A stretch of DNA of 63,964 nucleotides, the filler included, from Intoshia linei (Eukaryota > Animalia > Orthonectida): assembly GCA_001642005.1 (NCBI GenBank). It is 8 parts of 8 records of this genome, joined end to end, with 100 filler letters (N's around TTAATTAATTAA, not from the genome) between each part and the next. Parts side by side here need not be neighbours in the genome. Positions count along the whole stretch, not along the records: positions 11,250 to 15,193 come from LWCA01002006.1; positions 15,294 to 29,084 come from LWCA01000996.1; 6 more parts are not named here. One strand, 5' to 3'. Below are positions 12,105-24,978 of the stretch, piece by piece. The notes below the pieces were generated by a model, which was not told the origin of the DNA, made no database searches, and was given only the letters and a program-made list of their open reading frames with translations. The translations under genes and the position numbers were made by a program. The first letter of the stretch is position 1. The number at the start of each line of letters is the position of its first letter.

Positions 12105-15100
12105 TTATAAAGGTGGGTTGTATTCTTTCCATGGGGGTAAATTATTTTTGAGTCTATATTGTTCCCAAACATCATCATAGGTTTCATCGGTCAAATATCT
12201 CTTGTTTATTTGTTCTTCTAGCCGTCTTAAATCGGAAAAATTTAAATAATTCTAAAATAAAATATGAAATACATTAATGGGATTTTAAAAAATTAATAAT
12301 TACGTGAACCCATGGATGAAACAACTAAACAAAAATTAAAAAAAAATTAATAAAAATTACCGCTTTATTAACAACAAATCTGAGTCTAATTTTATCAGTT
12401 AATAAATGCTTAATTAAATCGATAGCTAAATTTGTAAATTAATCATGTTTATAAATTGTGAATAAAATTAATAATCAAGTATTAACCTTCACAAGATATA
12501 TTTTTCCAAGTATCTAAAAATATTTTAAATTGTAATGCTAATAATTTAATACCAGATGGAAATAAAAATGAGGCATTTTTAATTTGTTCTGTAATATCCT
12601 CGTCTACATTAAATGGAAAAGTAGCACTCAAACTATATTTCATTTTCAGTTGTTATTTATATTTTTAAACCTAACATATATTATAACTCCAACTGACCAT
12701 AAATCAATCGATCTATTGTACTTTTTTTTCTTAACCGCTTCCGGAGCTAAATAAGCTGGAGTTCCAACAAGAGAACGTCTGAATGAGTTGATTCCCATTA
12801 TTCGCGCAAATCCGAAATCACATAATTTTATCTAAAATAAATCCATTCAATTAGTGAACAGTGGCGATTCTAAAATATCCCTCTTCGGGGCCTCGATGAA
12901 ATTTTTGTAAATCCTTACAGAGGTTGTTAGGGGTTATATGACATTATTCATAGTTAGTAAAAAAAATTTAGTGACTATTTTTCATTTTCGGGTGGCCCGA
13001 ACTAGGTAGGTTTGGCTCTGTTAGTGAGTAATAATTAGTCTATTCTAAATACATATATACCTGAGGGAAATCTACATTATTGGATAAAAGAACATTTTCT
13101 GGTTTTAAATCACAATGTACAATTGAAAGAGAATGTAAATATCTTAAAGCCAACAAAATTTGAGCTGTCAAGTACGAAGTAACTAAATTATTAAATTAAC
13201 AATAATAAAATGTTCAAAATTACTTCTTTCATTTAATCTTCCCTTTTTATGGTTCAATATCATATCTAACATATCTCCGTGTAATTGTTCCATCATGATA
13301 AAAATCTAAATTTTAATTTTATTATGTAATGTAAAACAAGTAGAGAATCCTCTAACTGACTAAACAAAAAAGTATTAAAAAATAGCTGATCCCACTAAAA
13401 AAATTCGAAACTTTTGACTCAGGCATCAAATATGAACCAATGGTTCCCAATCAACTACAATGTTTTTGCCATTTCTATATCTGGAATGAAAAAACTTTCA
13501 ACCCTTTTGATTTTCCCTTATCGCCCTGTTAGGTAACAATTTTTACTTCAACTAGAATTTAATTTTAGTCGATTTATCATTATTTTAATCAAGATAATCA
13601 AATTTCATGAATTAGTTTAGTTCGTATAGTTAGTACCTTGTTCTCTGTTTCATAAAAACCTTCCATTCGAATGACTCCTTCATAATTTACTTCCTAAAAT
13701 TCAAAATTTAAAAAATAACGGTTCATAATCGTTACAGTTAAAATGCGAACTTCGTTTTTTAATTTATCAGCTTGATTGCAGGTGAAGCGATTTTTGCAAA
13801 TAACTTTTATTGCTACCTTTTCTAATGTTTTATTAGAAGATCCTCCATATACTATACCGAATTGACCTGAGCCAAGTATGACTGTTGCATCAATTTTATA
13901 ATCATTTGAGATTGTCTAACATAAAACATTTAAATTTTATAATAAAAATTACATATAAATAAAAAAAAAAACGCAAATCCAAACTAAACCCTAGAGTAAT
14001 TTTTCTAAACCTTTTTTCCATTGGGCATATGCGGAAGACATTGAAAAAATTTAAAGAAACATGATAAAAACAGAATAATAAAAGTTTGATATTTGTTACG
14101 TGCTTAATGAAAATCTTAACTATAGTATAAGATTTTGCAATGAAAAGCTGCAAATTTAAAAAAAAAGTTGACCTTTACTTACTTGTTAAAAAGTATATAA
14201 AATTTAGTGTCTGTTTGAATTTACAAAAACGCAATTTATAATGCACTGTTTAGCATGTGATATTTACATCTTTGTTTCATTTCCAGAAATTGAGTCCTTC
14301 AGCGTCAAAAATTTAATTTTCCCCTTTTTAAAATATAAAATCAGCCCTAAAATTTAAAAAAACATAAATTCGTGTATAGTTTTAAAAATCATAAACATTG
14401 TCATAAATCGCAACCTCAAAAAAGTGAATTTTGTCGATCAAATCTATCAAAACCACAGATGACCTTTTTTTAAAAATTAAAATAGTCGTATAATTTCAAA
14501 AAAAATATAGTTGATACAGTTATACCCAGTTAACACAACAAAAAAATTCACTCTCAAAAGTGACGCCTTCACAATCAAAAAAGCAGTTTAGTATTCATTT
14601 TTTTTTGAAAGCTATTTTATAAAGATATAACATTTGAAATAGTAAACGGTCCTAGAATTAAAAAAAAAATTATCCTTATGAATATTATGATTTATATACA
14701 AAATCTATTTTTTGGGATGAATTTTTTTTAAAATCATAAACAATCATTGAATCATTGAATTAATAAATTAAAAATTCTAAAACTAAATAATTAATAATAA
14801 TTTAACTAATTAGAAAAACTGCCCTAGAGATAATATCCTATAATATATATACATATATATAATATAAGATAATATCTGGGCTTTTTGGTTTACCAATTTT
14901 TAAAGCTTTAAATATATAATAATACAATTTATTTGAACACACCGAAACGACAATGATCGATGCAGTGCTACAATAACGAATCTCCAAAATTTGAATTTCT
15001 TAAAATAAATTAACTCAATGATCCCACTTGTTAAAAATAGTGATTGTGATTTCCCGGGACATGACAAAAGTCGAGAATCAAGAAATTAAAAATTGAATTT

Positions 15101-15607
15101 CCCGGGAAAAATAAAAAATTTTTATTCATATATAATATAGAAGTATTAAAAATTTTAGAGACCTTAATTAATTTTAGAAACAAAAAGAAATTTNNNNNNN
15201 NNNNNNNNNNNNNNNNNNNNNNNNNNNNNNNNNNNNNTTAATTAATTAANNNNNNNNNNNNNNNNNNNNNNNNNNNNNNNNNNNNNNNNNNNNCAATCAT
15301 AGATATGTAATTTTGGCTTTACATTTAACTCCAAATAAACTAAAATTAAAGTAATCGAACATGACTAAATTTCTCAATTTTCATGTCTCAATTTTTTTCG
15401 GGAAATTCCGGGAATTTTGTCCCGGTTTTTTTCCCGGCACAATCACTACTTGCAATATGCTGAAAATTTTCCTCTATTATTAAAACAAATAACCTTATAT
15501 TGATAAGCCATTAAAACATTTATTTTTGAGATTTTTTTTGTTTTAATTTTTTTTATCAAATCTGTCAATCCTAATCCACAGATATAATCCACGTCATCTT
15601 TGTTAAT
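12105..15607 (-). CDS. PRKD: Protein kinase D family Ser/Thr kinase; kinase domain 12105-13915 complete, PH-like exons upstream, 5' end unresolved
   Basis: Spliced minus-strand exons give [104 protein letters not shown]...PPL*. Candidate PH exons 14943-14998 ([11 protein letters not shown]) and 15494-15607 ([11 protein letters not shown]) are lower confidence and do not join directly in phase to the kinase exon. Confidence 0.88.
12859..13020. mobile_element. hAT MITE in a PKD intron (related copy 29817-30111; termini also near 55410 and 63350)
   Basis: CAGTGGCGATTCTA / TAGGTTTGGCTCTG ends; TSD TTAGTGAA / TTAGTGAG. Confidence 0.75.
15038..15448. mobile_element. hAT-like MITE with TTCCCGGGA subterminal repeats, interrupted by a gap
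   Basis: TAGTGATTGTG / CACAATCACTA termini; multiple TTCCCGGG motifs; related fragment at ~16525-16610. Confidence 0.6.
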
Positions 15608-17342
15608 CTAAATGAACTGAATTCAATAAATAATCTTTTGATTTAAATAAACAACATAAATATTTATTAGGGTTGTTCACTATATCACCAAATAAAAACT
15701 ATTTTTGAGTATAAGCCTCATTTTATTTCGAAATCAGTTGTACCATAATTTTTTTAAAATTTTGAACATTTTGTTCTGCCCGACTTAAACGTTTTTTATA
15801 TATTATTTTGAAAGTAAAGCTTCATTGAGTAAAGTATTTTCATTTTTTTCCCTCATTTTAATTTATTAAAACAAAGAAACTAATAATACAACTACACTCA
15901 CCTCTCACGAATCTACGTAACATTTTACACATCTTCACATAATTATTATGAACATTAATCCATTAGAATAAATACGGTTCAATTTTTTAGCTCGGCTTCA
16001 AGAGAGTTTATATTACTTTTTTTCATTAAAATGTATTTAATACGTAAATAACTGAATTTTGAAATAGCACTCAGATTTTCATAGTTGAAATATATTTTTA
16101 GTTATTATAAATTTTTGAATTTTTAAATTTGACCAATATTACAAAAAACCCTTTTTATGGAAAAAACGTCCTGTGAGGTTAAATATTAAAATTTTTCACT
16201 ACATATATAGTATATGTATTAGTGGGTCCTATATTAACCATATCCAATTAAAAAATTAATGTTGATGTTAATTAAGAAATATAGAAACTTGTGCGCGAAA
16301 ACCTTAAAAAGATTAAATGTTTTCACGGTAATTTTTTCTAAAATTATATTTTCTAGGTATTTTTAAGTACCCTCTTAAGCGTGATATAGGGTATTTTCAA
16401 TAAAAATATTTTTTAGTAAAAAAACGAACAGCCCTAATAGGCATAGATTGAAAAATACTAAAATTTTGATACAATAAATGAAGAGTCTAAGAAAAGCCTG
16501 ATACAGGTTGTCATAGAAGATCATTGGTGATTTTGCCGGGGGAAAAAATTGGGATATTTAATAATTTCCGGGAATTAAATTTCCCGGGATTTCCCGAAAA
16601 AAAATGAGACATACATGTATTTGATTTATGTTTGTTATTACTATGAAAATATGATGATATTATAATATTTAAAATTTACTATTTCAAAAATCCCACCACT
16701 AATAAAATTTAATAAAAATCCTATTTTACGAAATCTTATGAAAAAAATCCACTTCATCAAACTACAAATAAAAAATCTAATTTTCCAGTCGTTAACGGAA
16801 AAATATCCTTTTTCCAATACTTTTTTTAAAAACATCTTATTCCAACCACAAATTACTAACGCTTAAGGGAATTATCCTCTTTTTCCAATATTATTTTGGA
16901 ATATAATATGGTATCCAAAAATAATTTTTGAAATTCAAAAAAAACACTAAAATAAACCACCCTAATATTTATATCTAAAATAAATACCTAATTTTAATAA
17001 CATATACATTAATGTAATACCATATAAATTGACCGAGGGGCTGAATAAATATTTATTAGTAAAGGTTTATTTTATTAGTAATAAGTACAATGTTTACGGG
17101 GACCAAGGTATGAAAAATATCCCAATAAAAATTGCAAAATTGATCTTTTTAATAAAAAAAAGTGGACACCCTACTGTTATACTTGCTTGAAATTTCAGAT
17201 AAAAACATTACTTTGGAAATACTGAATTAAAAAATCAATTTTATTGAAATATGGATATTTTAACAATGCAATGGTTCAGAGTGTGTCGTATAATCACTTT
17301 TTTTATAATTTGAAAAAAACTAAAAATGAAATAAAATTTTAC

Positions 17343-17549
17343 CTCTGTTTTTAATTTAGTTTCCATTTTATCAATTTTTTCTTCCAGTTCATTTTTTATA
17401 ATATTGGCTAAGTTAAGACATCTACGATAATTGGAACGATCCTTACATACACCGACAATGAATTTGATAAAAAAATATCCAAATATACATATTCCAACAA
17501 TATAACCTTGTAGGGTTTTGTAAAAAATTTCTATTATGTAATTCAACAT
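17343..17549 (-). CDS. Putative first exon encoding a transmembrane segment and a coiled-coil-like stretch; possibly the PKD 5' end or a small orphan gene
   Basis: MLNYIIEIFYKTLQGYIVGICIFGYFFIKFIVGVCKDRSNYRR...NELEEKIDKMETKLKTE ending at a GAG|GTAAAA donor. Confidence 0.45.
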
Positions 17550-18269
17550 TCAAAATAAACAATTCCTATTTATTTACAATAAATAAAAACACATCAATGC
17601 AATCTAAAAAAGAATTCAATAAAACCGACGATAGTTTATTGTGAATTATGTACTGTATGTTTGAAACAGTAGTTACTACATATACAATGTATACATAATG
17701 TGTATAATCACTGATTAATTATACTGTGTATAATACTGATTATTAATAACTAGAGTAGAGTCTACTCAGTAGACTAAAAAGAGAACTTTTGAAATGATGA
17801 AACGAGTAGAAAAATAATAAAATGTATCATGCTCATTTTAATAATAAAATATATAGCTAAGTGCATTAGCTTTATGACATAATCGTGTTAAAACTGTGTT
17901 TTGAATCTTTTAATTAATTTAATTTAATTAATTGTATGTGAAATTGTTAAAAAACATTCATATTTGAAAACGATCTCATGCATTTAATTTCGAGCATTTA
18001 CAAAATAAAAAGTGAAATAATAAAATATTATAAAATGTAGTTGATTCATATTTATACAATGCGTTTGAAAACGAAAAATTTAGATAAAAATCATTAATCA
18101 AATGAAAAAGAATAACGGATATTTCCAAAATAAAATTGACCTTTGATAAATATCAACTAAATTAAATTTAAACCACTAGAATTATCAACATTTTGTGATT
18201 ATAATCAGTTATTTATTTATTTATAATATAAAAATAAAAAAAATCAATGAAAAAAATTCCGAAAGAATG

Positions 18270-19062
18270 AATTATATAAATTTTGACCCATATGTCTTTA
18301 TTCGAAATGTATAGACGTACACTGCACATTTTTTTTGAAATTGTAGAATCAATATTTATTTTAATCGAAATATTTTAAAAATATTGGTTGATATATTAAA
18401 AATTATTTTTCACCGGGAATGTGTAGATTTCTGCCGTTGAAATTTTGTATTTATATCAACTGGAATAAGCTCTGTCAGAATAATTTTTTGTTTTAATAAA
18501 ATATTTCGTAAAAAAAATATATGAATACTAAAATGCTTTTTTGACCGTGAAGTCGTCACTTATTCAGATTTAAATTTTTATGTGTGTTAACATGATACAA
18601 CTCTACCACCTGTAAATTTTTTGAATTTCTAGGGCTGTCTTCAAAAAAAGGAAGTGTAATTTGGGGTTTGGCCCTGAAGATATAATTTTTTTAAATTTAA
18701 ATTTATGATAATGTTTATGATTTTAAAATCCGTATCAGCGTATATATTTTTTTAAATTCTCGAACTCGTTTGATTTTCAAAAAAAAGACAATTGGGATAT
18801 ATATTTTTTTAAATTCTCCAACTCGTTTGATTTTCAAAAAGAGGGACAATTTTTTAAATTCTCCAACTCGTTTGATTTTCCAAAAGGGGGACAACAGGGG
18901 TTTTTGACCCGTAAGATGTGCAATTGGGAGGTTAAAATTTATAATAATATACGTTTCGGAAAAAACTGTAATTGAAATGTGGTCTTTAAAAAATTCTAAG
19001 ACAGGTAGTTATTTAAATAAAGCATAACACACACAGGCACACAAACAAAATTCGCGTAGCAT
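18270..19062 (-). mobile_element. Non-autonomous Helitron-like family copy with three ~40-45-bp internal tandem units
   Basis: Reverse complement of the family at 31718, 48870 and 51207 (GCTACGCGA...GTGTGTGT...AATAACTAC...CCACATTTCAATTAC); tandem AAATTCTCCAACTCGTTTGATTTTC units at ~18750-18890. Confidence 0.7.
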
Positions 19063-20497
19063 ATATCACCTATTATATGTTATATAGTATTTTAAAGTTA
19101 TTAATTGAATTCCGCTTAATGTTTTTTGAGAATTGAGAATTTTTAATAACGACATATTATTTTTCACATATCAATGCATACTCTCTGCTTATGTGCTATT
19201 TTTTTTGAACAGCCCTAATATACATATTATATATAAGTCTTATATGGTACACACAAAAAAACGAGTAAATTTTGAAAAAATCGAGCACTATTAATTAAAA
19301 AACAAACACATTTACATTCCAAGCAATCATGCAACATTTATATTAAATCGAGGAAATGTCATTTAATTTAGTGTAAAAGAGTATTTCGATCACTTTTCAC
19401 TTTCTAACCGGTGTGTCGTGACACTTTTGTGTGTCGCCAAACTTAAAATTTTTTTTAAATTCCATTAACAGACAATACAATTGGAAAAAATAAAAATTCA
19501 AATCAAAGATATAGTGATGATGATAAATTTTACATAGATTATTTTCAGATTATTATTAGAAAAAAAATGGTTCAACTATATTTATTAGTCAATTGTTTAT
19601 TTTTTTGATTGGTGCGTCGCGAAATTTTTTGAGATTGAAATATGTGTCACCAACCAAAAATGGTTGGAAAGCATTGCTTTACTCGGTTTTGTCTACTCTA
19701 ATAATAACTGTAAATACTAATAATAACTGGCAAGTAAAAGTTAGCGATTTTTGTCTTACAATAATTTATTATAGTATAATTTATATCATGGTCTAAATAA
19801 ATCATATGACAATAAATATTTTTCTAATAATTATAATTAGACTAATTTCACATATTTGTTTTTGTCAAAAAAATTATTGCAAATACTACTAACTACAAAT
19901 ACAAGTACTGCCTAATACAAATCAAAACAAATATTAACTACCTGTACTGTAATACATATACTACTGAATCAGTAATATTGACTTAATCGTTAAAGTTTTG
20001 ATGAATCTACATTGTAGATTCAAGATTTGTGGATTCTACAATTTGTGGATTACATACAAAGTTAAATACCAGTACTGATAAATTTATAGTGTCACTTTCA
20101 ATTTCAATTTAAAATGAATGAATTAACGTTTAATTATCGATTATTAAAAATGTATTGGAAAAAATTTAAATGTGTAATATATCAACAAAATTCAATTTAA
20201 AAGTTTAAAATAACATAGTAGATTTTGAATTTAATTTTAAAATATACATCATTGATAGGTCTATAAAATTTTATGTGTTAGTTTTGTTTAATCATAAATT
20301 TATATTTTTAACCAAAATCAATATTATAAAATGTCTATTATACTTTAATCAAGGCATATAATGATTAAAATTCTTTACATGTACAAGTTTAATAATAAAT
20401 CCATGCCAAATCATAATTTATGATATCGAATCGCAATTAGAATAATTTAAAATTAATACCTTTAAATTCATCTAGTCAAAAAAATTGTTATTTTAAA

Positions 20498-23400
20498 ATG
20501 GTAAAGAGTAAACTTTTAAATAGAAAAAATCATAAAAATGTGATTGCAGAAGAATTTAATATAATTAATGAAAAATTGACGTATTTTTTTGTTAAATCAT
20601 CCTAATATTTTTTTTAGATTCAGAAAAAGAATTGTTCTTTTTCTTAATAGTTCTCCATTTTTAATTTTCACTTGCTTTATTGTGTTGTTGGATATAATCA
20701 TCGCCATTTCTCATATCATTATTGATCTTAATTTGATGAAAGGTATTTCATGTTATTTAAAAATGAAGAATTCTAGAAAAAGGGTTATTAAATTTTAAGT
20801 TGATTTTTTATAATCAAGGATGCTACAAACCTTATCTCATCAAATTAAATTAAATGTATTGTTGATTTGTTTAGCGAGTACAAAACAGGTGCAGGAGAGC
20901 ACTTTTTGTATGCCAAATTTTATTAAATGATATCCCAAATACACTTCAATATGTATAATGATATTTTTATGGTAATGACTTAATTTCTAAAATCCATAAT
21001 CCAGCCTATTGGCATAATACGTCATGTTTGAAATTTTCATATGGTTAACGGATACTGCAATCATTTATATAATATTTAATAATATTTATATATATAATTT
21101 TTTCATTTTAATCCTTCTTTTAATATTATCAAATTTATGATACCATATCATGAGGAATTTTTTTCAGAAATAAAATTTGCGAAAAATGGCCGTTACTGAC
21201 TTGTAATTTTATAATATGACTTGTAATAATTTGGGAACCTACTGAGCCTAAACTACTAATTCAGATTCAAATTTTCATCCATGAGTCAATAATTTTAATT
21301 AATATTATTATAAAAATAAATATGTTATATTTTTAATTTATCTCAATAGAGTTAACCAAATTATTGGTACATTTCATATTTTTTAAAGGGCCACTCCAAA
21401 TATTGGCTATATTGACCTACAATTTGTATAACTTTTTTTTATCATCAGGGAAATTATCATAAATAATATGATAATCATCTTGATTACACCTAAATTTCGT
21501 TCTAAAATAATAGATTTTAATTCATTTACTAGAGTCTAGTGCAAAGTTCCCAAAAAAATATATTACGACAACTCTAAAAGTATACAAATATTTTTAGTAA
21601 ATATCAATTAGTACAAAATAGTAAATATGTTTATTATATTATTATAACAGCCATTAAAAAATGTTATCTTTTAATATTACTAATTTTATTTTCATTATAA
21701 ACCCTTCTTTAATATAGTAAACACTCTAGTATACAAACAATTGTAAATTTATGATTGTTCTTTTTTGTATATATACGTTTTATTGTCTATTAAGGGTTAA
21801 TAACATTTACATTTATTAGAATCCAAAATTAATCCGAATTTCAAGAATATATTAATGAAATATCAAATACTAAATTAAATTTAGAAAACTAATGTTTGAA
21901 ATTCTAATTTAATTTTAAATTTTTTCTTAAATCTGCGGCCCCTCCGACTCTGAAGGCCCCATGTGAGAAACACTAGACCAGTGGTTCTCAACATGTGAAG
22001 TTTTACCCACGAGTGGATATTTTGATACATTTGCATTTTTCATGGGTTTTCATTTTCAAAAAATTTTGAATAAAATTTAAACTACAACAACGAAACTAAA
22101 AGTAATACAACGTTGTTATTATTTTTATATTTATTACAATTCTTTGCAATATTGGTAAAATTCACCTGAAATATGTTTATAAAGTACTGATTCTGTTAAT
22201 TATTGATACATAATTAATATTTTTAAGTATTTATTAAATTGGTACTGATTATATATCAGGGGTGGCCAACAGGTCGATCCCGAAATTTTTTGAGTCGATC
22301 ACTGCAATATAAAAATTAATCTTTATACAAAATTATATTTTAAGAAAAATTTTAAAATTAAAACATACATGTACTTCAAATAAATATTATCTACTTGAAT
22401 TAGAAAATAATTTATTAATTATGCGAATGTATATTTACTGAACATGGTTCACATGTTCTTAACCGTTTGTTGGTTAATCATTTGATATGACATACTTATT
22501 ATTCTATTTATCTCGCACATTACAATTAGCTTAAAAAAATCAAAACAATACCATTTTCATATTGAATGGGAGATGACTAATTAATATCCATAATATTGGT
22601 AACATAATGATCCTAATTGATTACTGATTAACATATCAAAAATATGTTGACTTTTACTTGACCTATTCTATTTGATGTCAACTTGAAATTTAAGATTAAA
22701 AGGCATGTTTTGTAATGTACGTACATGTATACTACCATACATGGTGGTCTACATTGTATAGCAGGTAATTTCAACCGATTATGATATTAATATTGATAAC
22801 TTACAATTTTATTTATAGTTTATTTAATTTAGAAAGTATGATAAAACAATCTGCACATTTACAAAACCTAATAAAAGCCGTGAAACAATCACGAAATGCA
22901 AAAATTCCTCAAATAAATTTAATTGACATAACAAACCAAGCTAAACAAACAAAAGACGATATAATCAGCATGTACAAAACTTTTAAAAACAAATTGAAAC
23001 CTGAAATGTGCATAAACACGTTAAAAGATGTATTAACTGAAAAAATAAGCATAAAACATTGTACAGACATGACTGAATATTTAAATTTGAAAAATATACA
23101 ATATTATAATGTAAATAATTGTACACGAGAAAATATGTACAATATTAACCCTCACAAATTTAAATCCATTACCAAATTTTTATACAAGAATGCTACTTAT
23201 GAAAATCAAAATATTACAACCTGTGATGATTATATTGACGTCATTCTTAAATTCGTCAATGATAATATAACCATTAATCATGATTCTCTAGAATGGATTA
23301 CTCATGTGCTGCATATTACTAGTATTGTTCTTTTAGGGTGTCTTTTATTTACGGTATTTTATTACTTGTTTCACATGCAAATTTCCTCTTTTAAGATTAT

Positions 23401-24868
23401 AAGATTGATAGTTATCATTATAATGGTTCCTAGAAATGAAATTAATTAATTAATAAAAATGTTTCAACGAGGTTTTACTATTGGGGTATCTTTAAAAGTC
23501 TAGTAAGTTTTTACTTAATTATAAATAAATATTATACATGTAATATGATTTTTTTTCACCTTCAGAGTAATTATTATTATTGTAACAAAATTTTTAATTA
23601 AATTTTAGACTTTGGTGAAACTATTTGCTATTGGTTGGACTTTTTTTAAAGGAATTGTCGAGGTAATATATTGACTTTTTTTACTATATTAATTAGATTG
23701 TTGATTTAATTTTCCTCGTTACTTCATTTTCTTTGGATGTATACTTTTTGGCAGATTCCAATACGAATGATAGTGAAAAAACTGTTGCAATTTTAATTGT
23801 ATTGTTCTTTTGGAGAGTACTAAGAGTTGCAAATGGTAAATTTCACCAAATTTAAAATTTAAGATAAAAAACAATATATAATAAATGAAAAATTCAAAAT
23901 AAGCATAGCAAACTTTTTTGGTCCTACTACCAATGTTCTGGGCCAATCTGATATAACATGGAAATATTTAATTTTAGTCAAAAAATTAATGTTTTTGATT
24001 ACACTTGATTATAATAATTATTACGAAGATAATGGTAAATGAACTTAGACTACATTACATTAATAATGAAAATACATTATTAATTATGAAATATTTATAA
24101 AAATTTATAAAAAAAAATTAAGCCATTAATTAGGAATGTTAGTTGCCGCAAAACAACGTCATGAATACAGAATAAATTTACAACAACGAGTTACAGAAAG
24201 AGTCCAAAAGAAGCTACACAGTTTATTGATAGAAGATGAATCAAAATCAGTAAACATTTTAATTTCACAGAATATGATAACACTAATACAGGGTGGCTTA
24301 ACTATTACGTAGACCCCAAATATTTTTCAATAAATAAATCTTTCCCAAAAAAATGAGAATTTAAAATTGAAAAAAATCAATTAAATTTTTTGGTGGCCCA
24401 CAATAGTTGTGGCAACATCAAGATAGTGAAATAAATCACCTTTTTTACCACATGTCGCTGCAAAGGTACAATTTTTTTTAATTTTTTGGGTGAAGAATGT
24501 TGATTTTTGATAATTACTTATAAATAGAATGAAATTAAAGCACTTCGAAATCTATGCATAAAACATAGAATAAGCATATCCTCAATGAACAATTGCAAAA
24601 AAATAGGTAAAATACATTTACGATGAATAACTTTAATAATTTAGATTTAAAAGTAAACAACAAAGCACTGTCAGCGTTAACTAACGCAGCACACATTTCA
24701 CTGCACATGGCCATGTCTTCAAGTTTCTTGGTTGCTCAAGGAAGAAAAAAGATTGTGAAACATTCCGTGAGCTTCAACATAAACAAAGAGTTAAACTATA
24801 TTTCAGACAACGTTTATTCACGTCATTTGTCCTCTTCACAACCTCAATTTTCTAATGATGCAGATTAA
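20498..24868 (+). CDS. Voltage-gated proton channel (Hv) family protein, divergent, 8 exons
   Basis: Exons 20498-20580, 20618-20742, 22833-23353, 23609-23662, 23697-23835, 24134-24249, 24528-24606, 24645-24868 join in frame; S0/S1 FRKRIVLFLNSSPFLIFTCFIVLLDIIIAISHIIIDL, S2 LHITSIVLLGCLLFTTLVKLFA, S3 EIVDLIFLVTSFSLD, S4 LIVLFFWRVLRVANG, then coiled-coil-like tail; no pore or phosphatase domain. Confidence 0.85.
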
Positions 24869-24978
24869 ATTGTATTTTAAAAAATGTACAAAAATATTTA
24901 TACAAAATTTAAAATTTAATAACAACAATATATTTACAGTGGTTGGTAGTTACACAAATAATTGTATATTTACATTTC

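Noticed and set aside
19280-19340. Minus-strand CLECKCVC as a PKD C1 remnant
   Set aside because: Lacks the His/Cys spacing of C1 domains and clear splice sites
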